From contig CP075492.1 in the NCBI GenBank assembly GCA_021613535.1, forward strand, positions 16,802,001 through 16,866,000: a DNA stretch of 64,000 nucleotides. The letters run 5' to 3'. Of this stretch, positions 14,233 to 26,229 are shown piece by piece. Under the pieces are notes generated by a model that was not told the origin of the DNA, did no database searches, and was given only the letters and a program-made list of their open reading frames with translations. Source of the DNA: Adineta vaga (Eukaryota; Animalia; Rotifera). The stretch's first letter is position 1. Each line of letters opens with the position of its first letter. The translations under genes were made by a program, and so were the position numbers.

Positions 14233-15235
14233 ATGTCCTCATCAACAGTCAATGAATATATTCTATATCTTAATATAATATCTGATAATATTAATTTATA
14301 CATGAGTACAATATTATTTCTAATTGGTATTATAAATTGTCTATTGATTTTTCTTATTTTTCTTCAAGAAGAATATCGTCGATCACCATGTACAATTTAT
14401 ATAATAACAAAAACAATTTATGATATTATTGGTTTATTTATAACGGTATTTATGCGTTCATATACAGCTTTTACAGACATTGATCCAAGTCAAACAAATG
14501 AAATATGGTGTAGAGCACGAATAAGTTTATTTTATGTAACTGGATTTGGTTCATTAACTTGTATATGTTTAACTGGATTTGATCAATGGATGTCAACATC
14601 ACGTAGCGTTCGAAGACGAAATTTAAGTTCGAAACGTTTTGCATTTTATGCTATTTTTATTTCATTTCTTATTTCAATTCTATTTACTGGTATACCAATG
14701 TATATTATCATAGGTTTAGTAGGAACACCAAAATCATGTGGTTTTGCTACACTTGCTTATGCTGATTATGCAAGTTTCTTTTTTTTCCCGGTAATATTTG
14801 GAATATTACCTGTAATTATACCAATTATATTTGGTTTATTAACTTATCGAAATGTTCGTTTACTTCAACATCGTTTGTATTGAAACACAATTGACTCGAA
14901 TGATTTTATTACAATTAATTGCTTTAATATTAGCATCGATTCCATATGCTATTTATTATCTTTATATGGCAATTACACGACGTTTAATTAAAGATTCATT
15001 ACGTATTGCACAAGAAAATGTAGCAATGAGTATTATTCGAAATTTATTTTATATTAATTATTGTTATAGTTTTTATATATTTGTTATTTCATCAAATGAA
15101 ATACGTAAAACATTGAAACGATTGATTTTACGTATTTTTCTTCAACAACAAAACGAAATTACAATTAACAATAGTAATCGACAAATTGAACCAGTGATGA
15201 ATAATAGAAATTCCATAAATCCAGTTATTAATTGA
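14233..15235 (+). pseudogene. Class A GPCR with one frameshift (pseudogene or sequencing error)
   Basis: ORF 14233-14883 encodes TM1-5 (SPC, WCR, FDQW) and overlapping ORF 14852-15235 encodes TM6-7 (FYIF); frame break near 14870-14883. Confidence 0.8.
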
Positions 15236-15789
15236 AACTGAAATTAAACTATAACATTCTCAAAATTGAATTTATGTTGTCGTGTCATTTAAATTATTAC
15301 ATATCTGAAATAAATAATATGAATGTGAGCGCGAGTGAGCATATATGATATAGAAAACAAAGGATGATATCATGTTGAATGTTATACTTAATGACATAAT
15401 ACAATAATGCAGGTGTGGACGCAGAACGAAGCTGTTGTTCGTATTCAGGCTCACTCCGTATCTACATTCTCAAGCTGTTTTTAAATTCTTTTTTTTCCAC
15501 TTTGTATGCTATATCTTTTATTGGTTTACTAAAGTTTTATATTTCCATGCCAATATATTCAAGCGAAACAAATCACAGAAGCGTAAAAATAGAACTTATA
15601 CAGATTACGATCATAGTGAAGTTCAAAAAAAGAAGAGAAAGTTTATTTATGAATAACTTTTGACGATCGATGTGTCGTCTCAGGTGGGGATGATGATATT
15701 ACCGACTGATAAGGTCGCTTCGGATGCGAAAATGTTGAATCAGTGGTAACACTTGGTTGATTTATATTGAATATAGGCGTCTTTCTATT

Positions 15790-15863
15790 ATCTTGAGGGT
15801 GTGGGTGTACATGAGTCTAATCTATGCTCTTAACCCACACTCTCATCCATCCACCCTCAAGAT
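15790..15863. repeat. Telomere-like inverted junction element (two arms)
   Basis: atcttgagggtgtgggtgt-spacer-acccacactctcatccatccaccctcaagat. Confidence 0.9.
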
Positions 15864-15948
15864 TATCCATTAAACTCATGTCAAATGAACGAAGATGAAT
15901 AAAGTGTTCGATGTTAAAATATGAAAAAAAAGTTTAAATTGCTTTAGT

Positions 15949-16149
15949 TCATAGCGACTGATATGTGGCATCGAAATAGCATTTGAAAACTGAACGAAAA
16001 TCCATTAAATATTCATCATAACTAGCAACTATTGAATTATCATGATCAGTTATCTTCGAAAGTGCATAAGCTATTTTATGCGCTGAAAAATAGGCAAAAA
16101 TATGATGAACCAATTCGACGGAAAAACGATTTAACGGACACAACGGCAT
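15949..16149 (-). pseudogene. F-box N-terminal fragment
   Basis: MPLCPLNRFSVELVHHIFAYF resembles an F-box start; no downstream body before the junction element at 15863. Confidence 0.55.
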
Positions 16150-16529
16150 ATTATTGATGTCTTCTGTATACAAAAAACAAACAAGGAATGAAACAATGTT
16201 GCAAATAAAACGCAATGCTATATGAATTGAATTATGCGCCGTTTATGGGTTATCAACATAAAACACATATATCTGCTCTTTCGTTTTGATGTTCTATATA
16301 TCAGTTACTGAAAACAGGTTTTACACTTTCAATAAGGTATAAGATAAATTCTCGTTAAATAAAAGGAACGTTCTAATAGTATAATTCATAATAGAAATAT
16401 TGAACAGTAAAGTCAATATTGGAAAAGGATAGATTTTATTTTTTTCTCTCGAATAAATTCATAATAGTGAAATACAAAACACAAAGCAACATTAAAGTGT
16501 AAATATGTTAAGCATATTCGAAAAAACAC

Positions 16530-17429
16530 ACGAGGGAACCGCCCGAGGTGATAGACTCCGGTTTTCTTCGTTCATATCTCATTCGATAGAGGACTTTGAG
16601 GTAGAAAAAAGCCTATAAGGATTTGTGCCCAATCCTCTTCCTTCAGACTTTAGAGCCATTTTTCTTATCTTCGCAGCAAAAAATCGAAAAATCCATAACT
16701 CAACTGGGTAAAGCTTCAGGTTGTAAGTTTTAAATTTCTATCTTCTTTTCTTGCCGAACGATGATAGTTCAAGTTATACTTGGAGTTATATGATATTAAC
16801 CCTTCAGATTTCTTCGACAGATATCATAAGCATTATGATTTTGTGATTTTGGTATAAGTTTGATTTTCTTTGTTGTATTTGATTCTAGTGAATAATTATT
16901 ATGAAAGATTTACCACGTTTATGTATGCTGTATTTTTTTGTGAAGCGATTTGATTTTAGAAACAAAAAGCAGCAACCTTCTGATATCAAAGACTTATAGA
17001 TGGCTGAAAGGCGGCAACGTTTGTTGTGAGAATCGACGACTTACTCTGTCACAAAGACTTGTCTTATTTAAATCTTAAAAGTTCTACTCAAGCAACATGT
17101 ATTTTTATTTGAGAAAATTCATATAACTCCAAGTATAACTTAAACTATCATCGTTCGACAAGGAAAGAAAATAGAAATTTAAAACTTACAACCTAATTAG
17201 TAGTAGTTGTGAGTTGTTAGAACTGAAAATCTCAAGTGTATGAAGCTTTACCCAGTTGAGTTATGGATTTTTCGATTTTTTGCTGCGAAGATTAGAAAAA
17301 TGGCTCTAAAGTCTGAAGGAAGAGGATTGGGCACAAATCCTTATAGGCTTTTTCCTACCTCAAAGTCCTCTATCGAATGAGATATGAACGAAGAAAATCG
17401 GAGTCTATCACCTCGGGCGGTTCCCTCGT
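16530..17429. mobile_element. Non-autonomous long-TIR DNA element (MITE, Tc1/mariner-like ends)
   Basis: acgagggaaccgcccgaggtg... and its reverse complement at the ends; near-perfect IR of about 190 bp plus a further ~75-bp IR; no coding capacity. Confidence 0.85.
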
Positions 17430-17574
17430 CAGTTGATCCCGAATCCTTCCTTAGCGACTCTAATCATTAACACAAAATTTAAATATCGATTTTGCTCATC
17501 TTTGCATTATAAGAAAGTTAACCAATCTCAAGTGTCTTCCCAGCTGAAGATGAAATCTAGATTATGATAGCTAG

Positions 17575-17597
17575 TACACACCCCACCCACCCTCAAT
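17575..17597. repeat. Telomere-like junction element (C-rich arm only)
   Basis: tacacaccccacccaccctcaat. Confidence 0.7.
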
Positions 17598-17974
17598 ATG
17601 AATTAGAGTGCATGTAGAGAGAATTTGGTGTTGTAGGAGGAGCCTTATACAGAGTGTCCATTCGGAGAGGAGTTGTTGTTACAGTGGGGTGTTGGAATAG
17701 GAGGTGATTCGGAGAGTAGTTAGAGTGGTGTATAGCTGCAGTTGTCTCTATCGGATGTACACCGCGGAACATTCTCTGGTGATCGATGGAAAATTCTCAG
17801 GGACATCTGCACCTACATCTCCTGTCGTCTTCTAAGATGCCAAGTGTTGATCAAGTCTGTTGTATACATGCAATTAAATTCGAACAATGTTAGTATCGAT
17901 TAATATCGTGAATAATGTTGTTACATTTATATTTTTCAGCATTAGTTTGTGTCTTTGATTTACTTCCTGACAGG

Positions 17975-18039
17975 AAGAGGGTAGGTGTGGATGGGTATGC
18001 GAGTATTACATCTATCAAACACACCCGCACTCACCCTCT
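17975..18039. repeat. Telomere-like inverted junction element (two arms, diverged)
   Basis: gagggtaggtgtggatgggtatg-spacer-acacacccgcactcaccctct. Confidence 0.7.
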
Positions 18040-18706
18040 CCAATCCATACTTCCTAGAAAATTTATTTATTCAAAGCTCACACGAAATGGCAAGTCCAAT
18101 GCGCTCACATCATCGACTACTTAACATATGAGATTCAATTTCTATTTTAAAAATTGTACTGAGAACTACTAACTGTCCACAATGTCAGTCTTTAACGAAT
18201 TTCATCCAACCATTTATGAGAAGTATCATATGAAACTTTGTAAATACATTAAATTATCAGCGTTACCCTAGCTAATTTCGACGACCAGCTATAATAACAA
18301 TATCTTAAGCAATTTCCAGGCCCATCTAACACTAATTTCAATTCTTTTCAAAATATTTTGCAATCTCATGAATAGTAAAAATATTATACGTGAAGTATTA
18401 AGTCTGCCTCTCCGCAAGCTTCGTAGACACATAACAAATACAAAAGTCGACAGTTAAGAACACGAATGCTTCATATCGGAAAAAATACAGTTCATCAGCT
18501 TTCTCTTCTGAAAACCGAACGCATTCATTACGCCATGATTCAAAGATACGTACTACACAGAAATCATGTTTTCAAATTTGAACTATACTGCTCATTCATC
18601 TACTACAACCTCGACGCAGTATTTCAACCTATACACACCGAATAACCATTGTTCTATTCTGTTCTTATCAAAATATGTACTACGATTGAAAAAACTCCGA
18701 ACTTGT

Positions 18707-18734
18707 CTGATGAGTCCCTTAAGCAAGGACGAAA
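18707..18734 (+). ncRNA. Hammerhead ribozyme core-like motif
   Basis: CTGATGA-GTCC-cttaagcaa-GGAC-GAAA gives both conserved core boxes with a paired stem II; stems I and III are not clearly intact. Confidence 0.55.
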
Positions 18735-18767
18735 GGTAGTAAGAAGCCTGGAATTCTATTCGAATCT

Positions 18768-18795
18768 CATACACCCACATCCACACCCACACCCT
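18768..18795. repeat. Telomere-like junction element (C-rich arm only)
   Basis: catacacccacatccacacccacaccct. Confidence 0.8.
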
Positions 18796-18986
18796 GCAGC
18801 TATAAACTGATTGCCCCTAGGGTCAAACTGATTGTCTTTTGAATTTATGATTGTCTGGTCTTACACCAGAGCGGTAAAATCAGTCGAGGGTGAAGTGAGT
18901 CGTCCCGACGAGCGTTGTTTATGATTAAAAACAAAAGCTTAAATGTCTGAGCGCAAGAAAAGCGTTTATGAGTGTAATTTCTTTCA

Positions 18987-19457
18987 TTATTCTCCCATGA
19001 TAATTTGTGTGCCAATACCTCGTCTGATAAGCTGGCTAAATTCGGCTAAGTTCATTTTATAATCAGCATTTTTATCAATTGTTTTAATATGCGCCAGGAG
19101 TTTTGTCACACTGAAACCGGGCACAACAACATTCAGAAATACGACCAGTTCGCTAATATCGATTGTTCCTGATTTATCTGCATCTAAAATTTTAAATGCC
19201 TCATCTATCTCGTTTGATGACTGTCCCAACATAAATGTATATAACACTTTGACAAATTGATCCCATGGTAATGTATTTCTTCTTGATGCATGTATCAATT
19301 CTTTATATGTCGTGTCATCAATTGATACAGTTTTCTTGGATGCTTTACCATTGCTGTGAGTGGTTGTGACGGTAAACTCAACTGCAATTATTTTGTTATT
19401 CTGTGAGATGGTCCTTCCCTTAATAGCATGTGAAACTCCACTGGATGCCATTATCAA
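18987..19457 (-). CDS. Small EF-hand calcium-binding protein, intronless
   Basis: EAFKILDADKSGTIDISEL and DKNADYKMNLAEF EF-hand loops; probable ATG near 19451. Confidence 0.85.
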   Translation of the reverse strand: MIMASSGVSHAIKGRTISQNNKIIAVEFTVTTTHSNGKASKKTVSIDDTTYKELIHASRRNTLPWDQFVKVLYTFMLGQSSNEIDEAFKILDADKSGTIDISELVVFLNVVVPGFSVTKLLAHIKTIDKNADYKMNLAEFSQLIRRGIGTQIIMGE

Positions 19458-19857
19458 ACGCGAAACTGAATGGAGAAAATTTGGTTTTTATTTGCTCACG
19501 TGGATTTTTCAATTTCACTAGTAGCTGTTGGCGGCCAGATTCAAAGAGAGTGAAGCGTGAAATCTGAAACGCGTTCTTATATACAACCGTTACATTCACA
19601 TAAGATGTGCGCCACGGTTACTTGTACAAATAACCCACTCCTGAAAAGAAAAAGCAACGTTAAAAAACTGAAAGTTCATACACTTACTGATGCCCATTTT
19701 TTTTTCGTGAAGGAGAGTGTGGTGAAGCACATATCTTTAATGCATTTTTCCACTTTAAAAAAACTCTCATTTCTTTACAATAATGGGAATTTTTCCATGA
19801 TCTGTATATTTTATGTGTTGTCGCAGAGTTATACATTCGCCGAATGGAGGCAGTGCC

Positions 19858-19870
19858 GGTGTGGGTGTGT
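19858..19870. repeat. Telomere-like junction element (G-rich arm only)
   Basis: ggtgtgggtgtgt. Confidence 0.55.
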
Positions 19871-20008
19871 TTAAAATAAATATTGTAAAGAATTCGAACT
19901 ATTAATCTGTAGGATTTATCCACGAAGAAACGTCTTAAGATTTCGACAAAAATGCATCCACATATACGCGTCAATAAGTATGAGCAACTTATTAAACAAG
20001 GATCATTA

Positions 20009-20079
20009 AATCAGAGCAGAACTCGAACCTACATCTTTCGACAACCGGTCGGCTATTCTATCATTTAAACTATTCAATT
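20009..20079 (-). tRNA. tRNA-like sequence (pseudo-tRNA or SINE head)
   Basis: 71 nt on the minus strand: aattgaa-ta-gtttaaatgatagaat-a-gccga ccggttg tcgaa-agat-gtagg ttcgagt tctgc-tctgatt; A-box and B-box-like motifs, imperfect stems. Confidence 0.55.
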
Positions 20080-20100
20080 TTTCCCTCTGTCTTAAGCCAT

Positions 20101-20127
20101 CTGATGAGTCCATTAAAAAGGACAAAA
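20101..20127 (+). ncRNA. Truncated hammerhead ribozyme core-like motif
   Basis: CTGATGA-GTCC-attaaaaa-GGAC-aaaa; GAAA box lost at the junction with the NHL fragment. Confidence 0.45.
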
Positions 20128-20405
20128 ATGGTGAAGGAAATAATCTTAATCAATTATCTTCTCCCCACGGAATAATTGTTGATGATTATGGTCAAAGTTA
20201 TATTGCAGATTGGTGGAATGATCGAATAATGCGCTGGTGTGAAGAAAGTCGAGAAGGTGAAATAATTGTTGGTGGAAATGGAAAAGGATAAAAATCAAAT
20301 CAATTTTATTATCCCATGGATTTATCATTTGATATCGAAGAAAATCTTCATGTTACTGATTGGGGGGAAAATCGAATCCAAAGATTTGATTTGATTCGAG
20401 AATAA
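20127..20405 (+). pseudogene. NHL-repeat protein C-terminal fragment
   Basis: Manual translation NGEGNNLNQLSSPHGIIVDDYGQSYIADWWNDRIMRW...VGGNGKG*...YPMDLSFDIEENLHVTDWGENRIQRF; in-frame stop at 20289, 5' part absent. Confidence 0.8.
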
Positions 20406-21332
20406 AAATCTTTTAACTGTTCTTTCTTTCTTCACACTTTTCTTCCCAATGGACTTTGAAAATAATTTTTTATGAGCATGGCCAGCTAATGGCGAACCAG
20501 CGTGGCCAAATTTGAATAGACGATTTCTCGGATATGATACGATTGAATTTGTTCATTCAAAAATTTCCTAGAGGTTATTGCATATAGTCTCTCGATAAAT
20601 GTCATTTGGTTTGCAAAATGATGAAAAAGGGGCTTTGATATCTGTCATCATATTTCTCACACTACTGTACCGTTTACAATAACAGAACTAATAGTTGTGT
20701 TCTCGAAGATTGAGCTAAACCTTGAAATCAATTGATCATCTTTTATTGCTGTCTGAGCCATAAAAAAGATGTGCTTTTTCAGGGTGCTCAATTTTGATGA
20801 GTGCGTTATCCTAATATTTTGATAATAACTCTTTGTAGGAATAGAATTCAAAACAACAAATTACATCATCATCGGGCCTAATGTCTTGGTTTCAGATACA
20901 GATGATAACATTTTGTTCGTAGTGCGAATTTTTTTTAAATGTGACTGCTTTGGGGTGGCTCTGACGGAAAGGGTCCCTTTGAATGAGTGCATCACCACGA
21001 CTTCTTGTTATTCCCAGTTCGACAGTATTCTACCAAATGAAACGAAAATTTTAGTGCAACTAGGACCTTCATATATCTTCCTATAGTATGAATTTCAGCT
21101 CTCTATCACTATATGTTATTAAGTTAATATTTTTAGAAACGGTAATTAATCAATATGTTATGATAAATAGGAATTTTTTATGTCTAATATTATGGCATTT
21201 TCATTATTTATCAATAGTGCTGCACCTTTTTCATACCTATATGATTATATCGAAAAATAAAAAGAAAATTACGAATAATTCATGGCTAACGATTTCATTT
21301 AACTAACTTCCTTTTTTTCTAATTTTACATAT

Positions 21333-22361
21333 TTATTCATGTGAATATGTTTTCAAAGAATAATTAGACTGTTTGTCGGATCTACGATATAAATATGGAG
21401 CATCCATGAGGAAAAAATTAGTGAACATGAAAACAAAGTGCAAGAAAAGAAAAATATGTGCCATCCATCGACATGGACAATCAAATAAACCGATTCCAAG
21501 CAAGAAACCGACTAATGCACCACCAAAATGAGCTGAATGTGCAATATTCATTTCAAGTGTAAATATTGTTACAATAAACATAGGTAATACAACTAATAGA
21601 ATCAATTGTATGGAAATGAAAAAACGATAATTAGGATTCATTCTTCATGCAGAAAGACGTTCCGTAATGAAAAACAATACTAAACCAATATATAGCACCA
21701 GAAGCACCCACACACCCTAAAAAATACAAATATATCTAAAAGTAAACATATATAAACTATTTACATTCTCATGGTTGCAATAATATGAAACATAGTATAG
21801 CACCAACATTTGAAATCCAATAGATAATAATTATTCGTATTGAACTATATTTACGTTCTAATAGAATATCGAGCAAAAGTTGTATAAAAACATTAGATAA
21901 TAAATGTAACCAATGTAAATGAGCGAAATAAACAGCTATCATTTGCCACTATTGATGTGGATATAAAAAAGAGAAACATCTATTTTTCATTATATCATCG
22001 TAACAACATGTTACATTTTGTTTCAATGATCCACAATAGATTTTAATTCGACGATTTTGTTCTAATGTTGGTCGCATACAGGGTACAAAAACCATACAAA
22101 GATTATATAATGAATATGAAACTGTCGATTTTTCCAATAAATGTTGATTTCTATTGTTAAATGAAGAAAGATATGAAAAAGAGATATAATAATAATGAAA
22201 AATGGATGATAATGATTTTCATTTGGTGCAATATCAAGTATGAAGATTTGTCGAAACCAACAACGAATTGTATTTTTTTCTTCTAGAAATTGAAGGTATT
22301 GGTAATGGTTCTTCGATTTCCAAGTGAAAGTGATCGTTATATTCCATTCTTCAACAAACAA
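21333..22361 (-). pseudogene. Rhomboid intramembrane serine protease, frameshifted
   Basis: PFFIIIIS, HLLSNVFIQ, CVGASGAIY (GxSG) and AHSAHFGG (catalytic His) segments lie in different frames. Confidence 0.8.
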
Positions 22362-23035
22362 ATTCTCTATCTTATGAATTCAGAAGAGAAACGTCAAGTT
22401 ATATTTTTTTATATGCTCTTTCTTGAGATATGTTTATAGAAGAAAATGACATACGTTTCTTCTTGCTTTTTCTTTCTTTCTAGATTAAAAAGAATTAATG
22501 TTGACGGAAGCGTATGCGTCTCACTCAGAAAGTGTCTATTTCCACTTATTTCGTCTTTTCCGGAAGAAAATTAGTTGTCACATATAATTATACTAACTAT
22601 ATACTCCGTTCACACAAGGTTTAGTTCATTAAATCGGCATATGAAGTTACTTTGTAGTATCTGAACTGCGTAAAGACATATGCTTTGACATTGTAATCCA
22701 TTATGTCTATTTAAACTATCTCGTATTGCACCAGTATATACTACTTGAAATTCCCTAATACATTGTTTATATCATGACCAATTTTTCCAATAACCTCAGG
22801 GTATTTCAAAGGTATCATTATTGAGTTTTTTTTCACAAATATAAAAGATTTCTGAAGAACATTATTTTCTGAATTTATATTTGAAATTTGATTGAATTAT
22901 ATAATGAATAATACAACCGAGAACGAAAATAAAATTGTGCGATTCTGTAAATATGCAAGAATCAAGAACTGTATGCACACGCGGCGTTATTAAAGCACAT
23001 ATGTTGCGAAACAATGAATCATGATGCATTTAAAA

Positions 23036-23098
23036 GAGGGTGTGGATGTGGATGGTTGTATATATCATTTAACGTTCTAAACTCACACTCATACCCTG
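23036..23098. repeat. Telomere-like inverted junction element (two arms, diverged)
   Basis: gagggtgtggatgtggatgg-spacer-actcacactcataccctg. Confidence 0.75.
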
Positions 23099-23872
23099 AC
23101 TATACTTGTACTTCGTTACAATTATCCAGACTGATTTGTTTTCTCTTTTCCTTCATGAATAACTTGTCTAACCAATAATATTTACAAGCGGAAATTTTCC
23201 ATTCTATAATATTTCCATTCTCCCTATGAATAGCGTCATCTATTAGCAGTGTAACACATTTACGAACTCCCGGTAAATTGATAAAAGGCAAAAAATCAAT
23301 TCCGAACACTTTGTTTCATTACCGGGTGTCCGGGACACCTAGTACCAAATGTCTTTATTCTTCGGTTTAGATTATATATAGGATGATTTTTTTATGCAGG
23401 AACAAGACATATCAAAAGTTCTTTGTTTCAGTATCCGATGTTTTGTCATGAAATGTCTTATTTCTATTCTTTACTATACTGTCTCATCTACTCTCAATAC
23501 GAATACATAAAAGGAAAAGAAAAGAATAACTAAATTTATCATCAGCACACAGTACTACCCAAATGCATATAAGAAAGAAACAGTCTACTTGTTGTATTCT
23601 ATCGATGTATTGTGTGCAATCGTTACAATGCGTTACTACGACAAGAAAGAAGGAACAATGTGGAGAAATACCACACATATATCTATATATACTGCTTTCC
23701 ATACTATATTTTATCGACGAAGAAAGAACAAAACAATCTCTAAATATAGACATCAAGTATTCCGTACATATCATTTAAAGTTGGTAATTTAAGATATTCA
23801 TCAATTTCTTAAATCGTTTTCTTGCACTTCACTAATCGAATGATGTCACTTAATTATTTTTGACCTCCCATA

Positions 23873-24385
23873 ATGATTATTAGCTTGATTCCGATATTTA
23901 ATAGTACAATTTTAACAACTTCTTCAAGTTATAATGTTTTACATCGATATCCAAATGCAGCAATGAGAATGAGAGTCGTTTTAAACATAAGTCGAATTCG
24001 CCAAACACGTAAACCATATCGTTCTTTGTTTAAATCAAGAGAATTATATCGCGAATATCATAATCTACTTAAAATTTTATGGACCTGTTGCCCTTCGCAA
24101 AGAAATTTTCTATTTGATACACGAGATATACATCAAACTATGCTTGTTATGTCTGATTGTCGTGAACACATTAAGCTAGATCAAAATCAACTGTCGATCG
24201 AGTGTTTATCTAATCTAAAATTATTTGATCCAACAATTAGAGACTTCCCAAAGTGTGATGGAGGTCTACTTCGAAATATTGCTGATGAATATATACTTTC
24301 GTTGTACAACTGTATAACTATACCAAACAATTTTGTGTCGATGGTTTTCATTTCAGCGTTATCCCTTTTAATATTTCTCAGGTAA
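23873..24385 (+). CDS. Hypothetical secreted or membrane-anchored Cys-containing protein
   Basis: 170-aa ORF with hydrophobic N- and C-termini and 6 Cys. Confidence 0.5.
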   Translation: MIISLIPIFNSTILTTSSSYNVLHRYPNAAMRMRVVLNISRIRQTRKPYRSLFKSRELYREYHNLLKILWTCCPSQRNFLFDTRDIHQTMLVMSDCREHIKLDQNQLSIECLSNLKLFDPTIRDFPKCDGGLLRNIADEYILSLYNCITIPNNFVSMVFISALSLLIFLR

Positions 24386-25483
24386 TTCAATGTGAACGTA
24401 CCATTAGACAAAGAGTAATGAACAACCCTCAAACTTATGATAATTACGATGCTCTCAGCAACAATTTACGGCGTACCTATGTGCATAGCTTGAATAATTG
24501 TTATGACTGTAACTATTCTAACTTATGGAAGAATCAAGAACAACCCAATGAACAAATGAGCAAAATTATTTTATCAATATCGATAAATTTTGTAAATAAC
24601 TTATACTAACTATGTTGTTTTATTTCTCTTCTTTTCCTTTCTGATTTTTTCTGCTTTTTCTCTCCTTTTTTTGTTTTCTGTCTGTAATGTCGAAACAGCT
24701 AAAACATAATGAAAGAAAATGAGAGAGCAATCAGAAATTTCGTACTTTCCAAGTAAACAGAAGATCTTATGAATCCTATCTATTTTACTTTAGTGTCATC
24801 ACTCATTTCAATAATCTTTTTTATTTCTGATAAACCCTATTCCAAAGAGGATAAGGAATGAACAATAACGTGTGAATCTTTGAGGTTGTCACTTGTGTAT
24901 ATCTTCACTACTTCATTTGACTGGATCAAATTTTTTCTGAATGTTCGACATTGAAAAAGAGAAATTTAATCTTTTGTATATGTGATTCTAGAAAACATCA
25001 CGCAATATTTCTTCGCATCATTTGAATTTCGTAACATATTCTCATTTAAAGACTATTCAGATCTATAGTATTAATTTTAGTGATGTATACTTTGATGCGA
25101 ACTCACAAGGAAGTATCGTACTTATCATTAAAACAAGAACGATAGGGCGCATTCAGTTAATAGCTTTGGTGTATGCTTCTTATTAATGAAAACTTGAAGA
25201 ATTTGTTCAATTATTTGGAAAAATAAAATTATCTAGTTAAACCAAATAGCGGGGGGCGTTGAAAAAGTTCATCTATAAAAAACTTTTATGGCACCTTGTA
25301 TCATAGTCAAATATACCGAAACGACTAATAACTTGCTCGGGATTTTACAAAAATTGCGTAGCATTTTTTCAGGCCCATGCAACTCTTGAAATCACTGATA
25401 ATATTTGCTCTTCATATATACATTCAGATAAAAGGAGTATAACAAAATTAATGCAAGAAAGAATTATCTTGCGTATTTATCGG

Positions 25484-25527
25484 TTGAGGGTGTGGGTGTG
25501 AGCATATCATCTTCACCCACACTCTCG
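25484..25527. repeat. Telomere-like inverted junction element (two arms)
   Basis: ttgagggtgtgggtgtg-agcatatcatct-tcacccacactctcg. Confidence 0.85.
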
Positions 25528-26229
25528 ATACGGAATTAAGTGTTTTTTTAGCGTAATTCAGATGGATTTCAGCGTAATCGGAACGCAATACAATGTAGTG
25601 AGGCTAGAATCTGGTTTAATGTTGACGTTATCCTTAGTATCCTAGAGCAATTGTTGTTGTAGTTTTGAGTAATCTCCTTAAAGTTCGTGTGATATATTAA
25701 TGCGTCCGACAGGACCTGGAGAGAAACGGTCGAATCGCCTGGGCTTTTCTTACTTTTCAGAAAATCTGGTCGCTCTGGTGTCGAAAGAAACGATTAAATG
25801 TCTATATGGAGAGTCACTTCAAAGATGAGTTTTGAAAGAGTTTCAGGTTGCTTGAATAAGTATTTGCAGGAACTTATAGTAAGAATTTTTTTATTATTTA
25901 AAAGGGCATAAGCGTTCTAATTATAATAACTTTTCAGTACAGAATAAGCAACAAATACACCACATTCCTTATCAATTTAAATATGTCATACCTTCTGGAA
26001 AAGCTAAAGAAAACAAGAGAGAAAGGAAGTGTATGTAGAATGAAATGATGACAAGTCTTAGTTGAAAACATGCAAGAGAAAGTTTCTATTAACTTTAGCC
26101 ACAATCGATAAGTAAGAAATTCGTAAATATTTTTGTGCTAAGATAAAGCCATATGATATTGAAGTCAGAAAAAACATTGATTCGTCTTGAAAATGGCATT
26201 TGTTTTCAATTAATTGTTTTGACACTATC

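Noticed and set aside
20096-20133. gccat/atggt pairing as hammerhead stem I
   Set aside because: atggt belongs to the NHL coding fragment (Asn-Gly) and there is no stem III or cleavage triplet, so the pairing is probably chance.
21703-21720. gcacccacacaccctaa, resembling a C-rich junction arm
   Set aside because: It is the reverse complement of a splice acceptor plus the codons for CVGASG, the rhomboid catalytic motif, so coding explains it.
25703-25716. 14-bp match cgtccgacaggacc, shared with about 39806-39819
   Set aside because: Too short, and the flanks do not extend the match, so it cannot be supported as a feature.
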